Assembly: GCA_964398235.1 (NCBI GenBank)
Contig: CAYNMB010000003.1
Coordinates: 3,057-41,201, forward strand
DNA length: 38,145 nucleotides
Reading direction: 5' to 3'
Origin: an uncultured Candidatus Bathyarchaeia archaeon
Lineage (GTDB): Archaea > Thermoproteota > Bathyarchaeia > Bathyarchaeales > DTEX01
The position numbers were made by a program, and so were the translations under genes. Below, one piece after another: positions 30,040 to 37,781 of the stretch. The notes under the pieces were generated by a model. That model ran no database searches. It was not told the origin of the DNA and saw nothing but the letters and a program-made list of their open reading frames with translations. Position 1 is the stretch's first letter. Every line of letters starts with the position of its first letter.

Positions 30040-30788
30040 TCCTCAATCTCCATCTGGCTTAGCTTACTAAGAACTTTCTCAACCTCGGCAACTATCTGCC
30101 TTATGTCTTGTTCATCTTCAGTTTCTTCAATCTCCTCTGATTTTTCTACATTCCTTGGGCTTGGCTGTTCAGTAGCTTCTTTAAGTTTAGCCTTCTCCTT
30201 TTTCCTCTTAGGCGTGGGGGTTTTCTCGACTTTCTTCTCTACTTCCTTCTTTGGAGCTTTGGCTGGTTCCACGGCAAGGCGTGGGGTTGGAGCAGCTAGG
30301 TTTGCTATTGCCTTCAGCTCCTCAATTCTCTTAGTTAGGGCTTCAAATTTTTCTGAAAACATTTTAACGAATTCTTCCTGCATTTTCTCCAATTCATTCA
30401 AGGCTATGATTGACTCTCCTCTAGCAATTTCTTGTTTAACCCGCTCTAAATCATCTTTATATTTCAGGATCAAATTGTCTCGTTCTTCGGCTGTTATTTT
30501 CCCCTCAGCTTGAGCCTCATACAATCTTCTGATGGCGTAGCTTAAGATTTCGCGTTCAATCTCAAGCACCCTGAGCCTATTCTTAACGTTCTCGACAACC
30601 TCGTCTGAAACCGTTTTGCTGATGGGCCAACTCCATCCCCTCACTAAATTCTCTCCAGACTTTTCTTCAATTTTTTGAACAGTCTTCTCTTTTCTTCCAC
30701 GCTCAATTAATAGGAGTACTGTTAAGGCTACAACGGCTATTCCAAGTATTACTGTTAGATAGAACAGGAAGGAGTATATGTCTAGCAA
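30036..30788 (-). CDS. Membrane-anchored coiled-coil protein with a basic AKAPK-rich segment and an acidic tail
   Basis: 250 aa with a TTG start after GAGAGG. The N-terminal hydrophobic helix is FLFYLTVILGIAVVALTVLLLI. It has a SHOCT-like AEGKITAEERDNL, the basic run PAKAPKKEVEKKVEKTPTPKRKKEK and an acidic C-terminus. Confidence 0.7.
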   Translation of the reverse strand: MLDIYSFLFYLTVILGIAVVALTVLLLIERGRKEKTVQKIEEKSGENLVRGWSWPISKTVSDEVVENVKNRLRVLEIEREILSYAIRRLYEAQAEGKITAEERDNLILKYKDDLERVKQEIARGESIIALNELEKMQEEFVKMFSEKFEALTKRIEELKAIANLAAPTPRLAVEPAKAPKKEVEKKVEKTPTPKRKKEKAKLKEATEQPSPRNVEKSEEIEETEDEQDIRQIVAEVEKVLSKLSQMEIEE

Positions 30789-30916
30789 GCCATTAGCCTC
30801 TCAACTGAATATTATATTTAACAGTTTATCAAAATATTTTTCTTTGTATTTTGCTTAAAAACTTGCATATAAAGCTTATATATTATGCGCAAATAGCTTA
30901 AGAGGGGCGATTTCCC

Positions 30917-31846
30917 ATGAGTCCTTGCAATCTTAAATTAAAGAAATTTGGATTAATACCAGCCACATTGACTCCAATGGATGAAAAATATAGGGTGGAT
31001 TATGATCAGCTGGAGGATTACATTCGCTGGATTAGTAAATTTGATGTTGGCGGACTTGCAATCAATGTTGATACCGGAGAGGGACCGCATTTATATCCGG
31101 ATGAGCGGGTAAACGTTTTGAAGGTTGTTTCATCAATCGTTAAGGGAAAAATTCCGATAATTGCTGGCTTGCATGCCAGAAATACTGAGGAGGCTGTGAG
31201 GCTTGGTTTGGAGGCTAAGGAGGCTGGAGCCGATGGACTTCTGGTTTTTCCACATCCAGCCTTCATTGGTGAACCGTCAATAGATGTAATCTACAACTAT
31301 CATCTTGAGCTGTCTGAGAAAGTTGATATACCATTAATACTTTTCCAGTTGCAACCGGCGTTGGGTGGCGTGGAATTTAGTCATGAGACATTGTTGAAGC
31401 TTATTGAAATCGAGAATGTTGTTGCAATTAAGGAGGCTTCATTTGATGCAAAAAAGTTTGTTGACGTTGTTCGCGTATTAAGCATGGCTCCAAGGAAAAT
31501 TATGATATTGACTGGGAACGATAATTTCATTTATGAATCGTTGATTTTGGGCGCTGAGGGCGGTCTTCTGGGATTCGGAACCATAGCGACTGATAAGCAG
31601 GTTGAAATGTTTAGGCTTGTTGGTCAAGGTAGATTTGAGGAGGCTAGGGAAATATGGGAGGAGCTTTTGCCGCTAGAGGATGTCATCTTCGCCCCTCCGG
31701 TTAGAAATTATAGGGCGCGCCTTAAAGAGGCTCTTGTCATGATGGGTGTTCTTAAGACCCCCTATGTTAGGCCGCCTCTACAACCGATTTCTGAAGAGGA
31801 GAGAAAACTCTTAAGAGAGACTTTGAAGAAGATGAAGATGCTTTGA
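30917..31846 (+). CDS. DHDPS/N-acetylneuraminate-lyase family (class I pyruvate aldolase-like) protein, divergent
   Basis: 309 aa. LIPATLTPMDE is at the N-terminus and the Schiff-base Lys context is VVAIKEAS (K172). GTTGE is replaced by VDTGE, and the YNxP Tyr is replaced by Phe (ILFQLQP). Confidence 0.85.
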   Translation: MSPCNLKLKKFGLIPATLTPMDEKYRVDYDQLEDYIRWISKFDVGGLAINVDTGEGPHLYPDERVNVLKVVSSIVKGKIPIIAGLHARNTEEAVRLGLEAKEAGADGLLVFPHPAFIGEPSIDVIYNYHLELSEKVDIPLILFQLQPALGGVEFSHETLLKLIEIENVVAIKEASFDAKKFVDVVRVLSMAPRKIMILTGNDNFIYESLILGAEGGLLGFGTIATDKQVEMFRLVGQGRFEEAREIWEELLPLEDVIFAPPVRNYRARLKEALVMMGVLKTPYVRPPLQPISEEERKLLRETLKKMKML

Positions 31847-31856
31847 GGTTTTTAGG

Positions 31857-33041
31857 ATGGCTGTCGACCTCTCGGTTGATATATGCGGCTTAACGTTTAA
31901 AAATCCCATAATTGTGGCCTCCGGCACCAGAACAGGTTCTTCCAAGCATATTTTGAAGTGTTTTGAGCATGGTGCGGCTGGAGCCGTTACGAAGACAATA
32001 ACCTATGATGTTATGCATCGGATTCAACCTAAGCCTAGAATGCATGTTGTTAATCCGGAGGATGCTTTGAGGGGAAGATTCTATTCGTTCTATTCGATAG
32101 AACTAATGTCTGAACATAGTCCGGAGAAGTGGGTTAAAGAAATACAGAAGATTAAGAGAGAGTCTAGCAGGCATGAGGGTGTTTTAATAGCTAGCATTGC
32201 TGGCAGAACCTTTGAGGAGTGGGAGAAATTAGCCCGCTTGGTTGAAGAAGCTGGAGCCGACATGATAGAAGTCAACTCCTCATGCCCGCACATTGGGGAA
32301 AAGGGCGCTCTCATGGGGAGGGCTGCCGCTTATAACCAGCAAATACTCTCCCAAATAATAAGAACCGTGAAGAAAGCTTCTTCTGTTCCAGTGATAGGTA
32401 AAATAACGCTTCATGGAGCAAATCCAGTTGAGCTGGCTAGAACAATGTTTTCTTCAGGCGCCGATGCTGTTGTTTCAACAGCAAGATTTCAGGGGTTAAT
32501 CATTGACGTTGATTCACTGAAGCCGATTCTATGGGGCGGATTTGGAGGTTATGGAGGGCCATGGCAGCTGCCAATAAGCTTAGGCTGGACCGCGCATATA
32601 ATGAAAGAGAATTTTGGAAAACCTATAATAGGCTCCGGGGGCATCGCTAAATGGGAGGATGTCGTAAGTTTTCTGTTGGTTGGCGCATCAGCGGTTCAGA
32701 CATGTACAGCTGTCATAATTGAAGGTTATGGTGTTATACAGAAGATGCTTAGAGGGATGACGAAGTGGATGGAGTCTAAGGGATTCCAGCAAATCAAGGA
32801 GTTCAGCGGACTGGCTCTTGAAAAGATTATACCCCTAGAACGCTTGGAGAGAAGGAAAATCTTTAGGGTGCTTGTTGACTCAGATAAGTGCACTGGTTGC
32901 GGAAAATGCGTTCAGTTATGTCCATATGAAGCCATAAGCCTAGACGAAAATAGTAAGGCTGTAATCGGTCCAGAATGCGATAACTGTGGATTATGTGTAT
33001 CCATTTGTCCCTTCAAAGCATTGTCTCTAGAAACTGCGTAA
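31857..33041 (+). CDS. Dihydroorotate/dihydropyrimidine dehydrogenase-like flavoprotein with C-terminal 2x[4Fe-4S] ferredoxin domain (PreA-like)
   Basis: 394 aa. LTFKNPIIVASG and EVNSSCPH (active-site Cys context) are present. Two CxxCxxCxxxCP motifs occur: CTGCGKCVQLCP and CDNCGLCVSICP. It starts 10 nt after the upstream stop, with a GAGGT SD overlapping that stop. Confidence 0.85.
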   Translation: MAVDLSVDICGLTFKNPIIVASGTRTGSSKHILKCFEHGAAGAVTKTITYDVMHRIQPKPRMHVVNPEDALRGRFYSFYSIELMSEHSPEKWVKEIQKIKRESSRHEGVLIASIAGRTFEEWEKLARLVEEAGADMIEVNSSCPHIGEKGALMGRAAAYNQQILSQIIRTVKKASSVPVIGKITLHGANPVELARTMFSSGADAVVSTARFQGLIIDVDSLKPILWGGFGGYGGPWQLPISLGWTAHIMKENFGKPIIGSGGIAKWEDVVSFLLVGASAVQTCTAVIIEGYGVIQKMLRGMTKWMESKGFQQIKEFSGLALEKIIPLERLERRKIFRVLVDSDKCTGCGKCVQLCPYEAISLDENSKAVIGPECDNCGLCVSICPFKALSLETA

Positions 33042-33081
33042 AGGAGAAGTTCCATTTCTTTTCAAGTTTCTCCTCTTTTTT
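33042..33081 (+). terminator. Hairpin (AGGAGAA ... TTCTCCT) followed by a T6 run immediately after the PreA-like stop
   Basis: The 7-bp stem is 33042-33048 with 33068-33074, and TTTTTT follows at 33076-33081. An oligo-T tract is the usual archaeal termination signal. Confidence 0.4.
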
Positions 33082-33214
33082 CCAAAAACATGTTTTTATG
33101 GCGGAAGTTTAAATGGATTAGCGTGGATGCAAGGAAAAGGGTGGATTTCATATTCTAGACGGTTAGTTTTTAAGACTCTTAAGGTATGGAAAAATATTAA
33201 GTGACGGAAAGGCT

Positions 33215-34888
33215 ATGATCGTTGTTGCTGAGAAGCCTTCGGTTGCTAGAGCCATCAAACGGGCGATTAAACCTAGGGCTGAAGTTATTGCCTTAAGCGG
33301 ACATTTCCTTAGCTTAGATTTTCCGGAAAAATATTCTAATTGGTGGAGCACTAATCCGAAGGATCTGTTTCATGCTGAGATGAAATGGGTTATTGTTGAC
33401 CGAAAATCCTATAATACCCTTATCAGGGCTCTTAAGAAGCATGGCGACCCCATCGTTTTGGCAACGGATAATGATCATGAGGGTGAACTCATAGCCTATG
33501 AAGCTCTTTTAACCGCAAGGAAGGTTTTGGGCAAGCCAAGTTACATGCGAATGCGCTTCAACACCGTTTCCGAAAGTGATCTTAAGGAGGCTTGGAGCAA
33601 ACTTGAACCGGACTTAAATTGGGGCTGGGTTAAGAAAGCTCTTTTCCGCCATAAATTTGATTTAATCGTGGGTGCAGCGTACACTCGGCTACTGACGATT
33701 TCAGCTAGGAGGGCTGGACAGGCTGTTAAGCTTATTTCGTATGGAAGCTGCCAAACACCAACCTTATGGTTTGTTTATGAAAGGGATATGGCTATCAGAA
33801 ATTTTAAGCCTGAAACCTACTATGTTGTTTGGGCTATTCTTGACAATAGGGGCGTTAAAGTCAAGGTTTCAACGGAAACCATAAGAGACAGGGTTAAGGC
33901 GAAAGCCATTTATGAAATGGTTAAAAAAGCTGAGCATGCGATTGTGAAAGATTATGTTCTGAGGGTTGAGGAGGAGCGGAAACCTCTTCCAACTGACACC
34001 GACACCATGCTACAGGAACTCACGAGGATTTTAGGACTCAGCGGCAACAGGATAATGAGAATTGCTGAAGACCTCTATGCCAACGGCTACATAAGCTATC
34101 CTAGAACTGAAACAAACATGTGGGTTAAAATTGATCATAAAAAAGTTTTAGGCATGCTGACTAAAACCCATCTCTCAAGCCTCATTCAGCTCGACAGCTT
34201 TAGCCCCCTAAATGGAAGAAAGAACGATCACGCCCATCCGCCAATACATCCAGTCAAATATTATGCGGGAAGAAACATTGCTGGAAAAATTTGGGATTAC
34301 ATAGCGCGTAGATATTTGGCGAATGTGGTCGGCAGAAACGCTGTTTTCGAACGATGGAAGTTAATCGTCAATGTGAATGGCGTTCAAATGGAGGCTGCAG
34401 GCAAATATATTGTTGAGGAAGGATTCTATGAAATTTTCCCCTATTTTAAACCTAAGGAAACGCAGTGGATACCTGAGGTTCAAGCCAGTCAGATCCTTCC
34501 AATCTTAGAGGTTGGCTTAAATAGGCGGAAAACCAAGCCGCCGCCGCATTTAACGGAGTCGGAGCTTCTCAGGCTTATGGAGAAGCATGGAATAGGAACC
34601 GATGCAACCCGACATACTTTTCCAACGCTTATAGTTAATAGGGGCTATACGGTTAAGAAGCGCAGAAGATTCATCTTAACTGAGAGGGGAGAGCAGCTTA
34701 TAAGAATTTTGAAGAAGGTTGATGAAAGACTCATAACTCCGGAGACTAGGAGATATGTGGAGCAAATGATGCGTGAGGTTGAAGCTGGACGTCTAAGCCT
34801 AGAGGAGGCGCTGAATCAATCCATAAGAATATATGAGCAACTCTATGAATTATTAAGCGAAAGAGTCAATAAAGCGTTGAAAGAATGA
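33215..34888 (+). CDS. topA: Type IA DNA topoisomerase, compact core-only form
   Basis: 557 aa. Toprim motifs are MIVVAEKPS (Glu) and LATDNDHEGE (DxD). The active-site Tyr context is GYISYPRTET. No C-terminal Zn-ribbon and no helicase module are present. Confidence 0.92.
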   Translation: MIVVAEKPSVARAIKRAIKPRAEVIALSGHFLSLDFPEKYSNWWSTNPKDLFHAEMKWVIVDRKSYNTLIRALKKHGDPIVLATDNDHEGELIAYEALLTARKVLGKPSYMRMRFNTVSESDLKEAWSKLEPDLNWGWVKKALFRHKFDLIVGAAYTRLLTISARRAGQAVKLISYGSCQTPTLWFVYERDMAIRNFKPETYYVVWAILDNRGVKVKVSTETIRDRVKAKAIYEMVKKAEHAIVKDYVLRVEEERKPLPTDTDTMLQELTRILGLSGNRIMRIAEDLYANGYISYPRTETNMWVKIDHKKVLGMLTKTHLSSLIQLDSFSPLNGRKNDHAHPPIHPVKYYAGRNIAGKIWDYIARRYLANVVGRNAVFERWKLIVNVNGVQMEAAGKYIVEEGFYEIFPYFKPKETQWIPEVQASQILPILEVGLNRRKTKPPPHLTESELLRLMEKHGIGTDATRHTFPTLIVNRGYTVKKRRRFILTERGEQLIRILKKVDERLITPETRRYVEQMMREVEAGRLSLEEALNQSIRIYEQLYELLSERVNKALKE

Positions 34889-35295
34889 GGAGACGGCGAC
34901 TATTCGGGATTTAAGTGAGTAGATGAAACAACATCCTCATAACATCTTTGAAGACGAAGGGATATGAAATAGAGAAATTGGAGAATAAAAAGAGGCTTTA
35001 CAAGAGAAAGCCGCAGTTCTTCACAGAAGCACTAAAGTGAGGAAACCTTTTTACCATCAAACCCTTCTCAACGGCATCCACATATGGCGGAACTACCTGC
35101 TTTCCCATGCATGTGAGTGGCGTTATACATGTTCAGGCTAGCTCATAGCACACTATTTTTACCTAAACATTGAAAGAACCATAAAAGGAGGAGCTTAAAA
35201 TCCGATTTTCAAAAATTCATTAAGAAAAAATTATTCCATCCCCTTCCTCTCCTTCTTCTATATTTTCGTTAAGGCCTCTTTTGGGACGGGAGAAA

Positions 35296-35314
35296 TCTTA
35301 AATAGAATTTAAGA
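35296..35314. promoter_or_regulatory. Palindrome TCTTAAAT-AGA-ATTTAAGA 40-58 nt upstream of the AOR-module first gene
   Basis: Perfect 8-bp arms, AT-rich and TATA-like. It is positioned where an archaeal TATA box or operator would sit. Confidence 0.3.
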
Positions 35315-35353
35315 GATAATTGGAAACGATTCTTTCTCGGCTGGTGGTTTTTA

Positions 35354-35899
35354 ATGGCTAAACAGAGGGAAAAAATCATCTGGATTGCTAGAGACTATCT
35401 GAAATGCACTGGTTGCAGGAGATGTGAGGTTGCCTGCTCCATATTCCATGAAGGCTGGATATGGCCTGAAGCATCCCGAATAAGGGTTTTCATGCTTGTG
35501 CCGGGAGTTGAGATACCTCACTTCTGCAGCCAATGCTACGATTATCCATGTGTTTCAGCATGCCCGGTTAAAGCCCTATCAGTTGACGAGAAAACAGGAG
35601 CCGTCCTAGTTGATAGAGAAAAGTGCAATGGCTGCGGAGTATGCATAGATGAATGCCCGGGGAACATTCCGTTCCTCCATCCAAAGGATGGAAAGGCCGT
35701 CATATGCGACCTATGCGGCGGCGATCCCCAGTGCGTTAGGGTTTGCCGGGAAGCCGGATTCAATGCTCTATGGGTTGTGGAAGAGGCTAAAACCGGATGG
35801 GGAAGCCTTGACAGAAAGCTCTTCGCTCAACCCCCAGAAGAAGTCACTAAAGATGTGGCAATAAACCTTTATGGTGAAAAATCAGAGGAGTGGATTTAA
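35354..35899 (+). CDS. Four-cluster [4Fe-4S] ferredoxin-type electron-transfer subunit (DmsB/AorA-like)
   Basis: 181 aa. Four Cys groups are present: CTGCRRCEVAC, CSQCYDYPCVSACP, CNGCGVCIDECP and CDLCGGDPQCVRVC. GGTGG SD lies 6 nt upstream. Its stop TAA abuts the next ATG. Confidence 0.9.
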   Translation: MAKQREKIIWIARDYLKCTGCRRCEVACSIFHEGWIWPEASRIRVFMLVPGVEIPHFCSQCYDYPCVSACPVKALSVDEKTGAVLVDREKCNGCGVCIDECPGNIPFLHPKDGKAVICDLCGGDPQCVRVCREAGFNALWVVEEAKTGWGSLDRKLFAQPPEEVTKDVAINLYGEKSEEWI

Positions 35900-37741
35900 A
35901 TGCCGAGAGGTTATGCGGGAAAACTTCTCGAGGTAGATCTCTCATCTGGGGATGTAAAGGACGTAGTCCTAGACGAAGAGATCCTTAAAAACTATATTGG
36001 AGGCAGAGGCCTAGCTGTAAAAATACTTTGGGATAGGCTTGGTCAAAGGTGGGAAACAGTTGATCCGCTAGGTCCAGAAAACATCTTTCTAGCCTTAACG
36101 GGTCCATTAACTGGAATATACCCAGGTGACCGAACATGCATATCTGGAAAGTCGCCTCAAAGCAATGGAATCATCGGATCAACAGTGGGCGGAAGCTTTG
36201 GATCCGAACTCAAATGCGCCGGCTATGACGGCGTCATAGTTACAGGTAAAGCCGAGAAGCCGGTATACATCCTCATAACCGATGACAACGCGGAGATCAG
36301 AAGCGCTGAACACATATGGGGGAAGGAGGGGCCGGAAACTATAAGAATCCTAACCAAGGAGACCCGTGAACTGCTTGAAAAGAGAAATCCAAATGTGGGA
36401 AAGATCCGGGAGCCAGCCATAATATACTGTGGTCCAGCGGGCGAGAATAGGGTTAGGACAGCCGCCGTAATGCAGAAGATCAGCCATGCAGCCGGCTACG
36501 GAGGCTACGGAGCGGTTATGGGATCCAAAAATCTTAAGGCTATAGTTGTTAAGGGAAGAAAACCTCTGCCAGATGTGGTCAGTCCGGAAACAGTTAAAAT
36601 CCTTCTACGTGAAGTTGAGAAGAGACTTTTCAAAAGAGATAGAATCAGAAGGTGGGGGACAGGCTATAGCGGATACACTACAGGCGCTTGGGCAAGCTCC
36701 GAACCCGTCAGAAACTGGCAGGAGGAATGGCATGATGAGAAAAGCTTCGGAGGACCAAAGTTCGACTTCAGATACTGGGTTAAAAGATACTGGAGCGACT
36801 TCAACTGTCCAGTCGGCTGCATGAAAATAGCGGTCATTAAGACCGGTCCATACAAGGGTACAGTAACCGACAACCCGGATTATGAAATGCAAGCCTATCT
36901 TGGACCAAACTTAGGGATATTTGATCCAGGCAAGTGCATATATCTCTCAGCCTTAATGGATTATCTAGGGCTCTCGGGCATAAACGGCGGCAACACACTT
37001 GGCTTCGCAGCTGAACTTTATGAGAGAGGGATCCTCACAAAGGAGGATTTAGGCTTCGAGCTTAGGTGGGGTGATGTGGAAGCCTTCGAAAAGCTCGCAA
37101 GAATGATAGTTAAACGCGAGGGGATCGGCGACATACTTGCCGAGGGAACCTATAGGGCGGCTCTAAAAATAAGTGAAATGAAGGGTGTAGACGTTACAAA
37201 ATATGCTGTTCACGTCAAGGGGGTTGAGGTGGGAGCTCATGGAACAAGAAGCGGATTAGACTATCATCCAATCGCATACGCCTGCTCCCCCCAATGTGGA
37301 GATCACACATCCTCCGTCCGCGACGCCTATGAAGACACAATAATAGTTTTTGAAGATTCAGCTGTCATATGCTCCATATGTTCCGACGACCTCATGTGGG
37401 ACTTCTATAGGGCCATCACCGGATGGAATTTAACAAAAGACGAATGGGGTCGGGTTCTAGCGCGTAGAATACTTCACATCCAAAGAGCTGTTCTCCTGCT
37501 AGGTGGCCCCGACATCTTCTGGGATCCGGAGAAGCATGATGATAATCCGCCGAGATTCTATGAGCCGCTTCCCTCAGGCCCATATAAGGGTAAAACCACC
37601 GATAAAAAGGTCTTTGAGGAGCAAAAGAAACAGTATTATGAGGCTATTGGCTGGGATGAGAGGGGAATACCCAAATCGGAAGTCCTTAAAGAACTTGGGC
37701 TTGAGGATGTTGACAAAGCACTAGAGAAGCTGAGAAAATAA
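35900..37741 (+). CDS. aor: Aldehyde:ferredoxin oxidoreductase family (tungstopterin) enzyme, divergent member
   Basis: 613 aa. The N-terminus YAGKLLEVDLSSGDVKDV...IGGRGLAVKILWD and GYGGYGAVMGSKNLKAIVVKG are present. The cluster motif is DFNCPVGC. GAGGAG SD lies within the end of the upstream gene. Confidence 0.92.
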   Translation: MPRGYAGKLLEVDLSSGDVKDVVLDEEILKNYIGGRGLAVKILWDRLGQRWETVDPLGPENIFLALTGPLTGIYPGDRTCISGKSPQSNGIIGSTVGGSFGSELKCAGYDGVIVTGKAEKPVYILITDDNAEIRSAEHIWGKEGPETIRILTKETRELLEKRNPNVGKIREPAIIYCGPAGENRVRTAAVMQKISHAAGYGGYGAVMGSKNLKAIVVKGRKPLPDVVSPETVKILLREVEKRLFKRDRIRRWGTGYSGYTTGAWASSEPVRNWQEEWHDEKSFGGPKFDFRYWVKRYWSDFNCPVGCMKIAVIKTGPYKGTVTDNPDYEMQAYLGPNLGIFDPGKCIYLSALMDYLGLSGINGGNTLGFAAELYERGILTKEDLGFELRWGDVEAFEKLARMIVKREGIGDILAEGTYRAALKISEMKGVDVTKYAVHVKGVEVGAHGTRSGLDYHPIAYACSPQCGDHTSSVRDAYEDTIIVFEDSAVICSICSDDLMWDFYRAITGWNLTKDEWGRVLARRILHIQRAVLLLGGPDIFWDPEKHDDNPPRFYEPLPSGPYKGKTTDKKVFEEQKKQYYEAIGWDERGIPKSEVLKELGLEDVDKALEKLRK

Positions 37742-37755
37742 ATCTAAATTTCCCA

Positions 37756-37762
37756 TTTTTTT
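37756..37762 (+). terminator. Oligo-T (T7) tract between the AOR stop and the MoaD-like gene
   Basis: TTTTTTT begins 15 nt after the AOR stop codon. Runs of five or more T act as archaeal termination signals. It may attenuate read-through into the next gene. Confidence 0.3.
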
Positions 37763-37781
37763 ATGGAATTAGGGATGATGT

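Noticed and set aside
33215-34888. The short topoisomerase as the C-terminal half of a split reverse gyrase.
   Set aside because: No helicase-like ORF is adjacent on either side. The gene has its own upstream spacer and begins with a normal Toprim N-terminus.
34915-34990. A possible C/D-box sRNA (AGATGAAAC ... GATATGAAAT) in the topA-AOR gap.
   Set aside because: There are no proper RUGAUGA C box and CUGA D box pairs at the required spacing, and no terminal stem.
35351-35533. A 60-aa minus-strand ORF overlapping the start of the polyferredoxin gene. Related ORFs 35542..35763 (-) and 35649..35864 (+) were treated the same way.
   Set aside because: These are antisense or out-of-frame within a CDS that has four canonical Cys clusters, so they are shadow ORFs.
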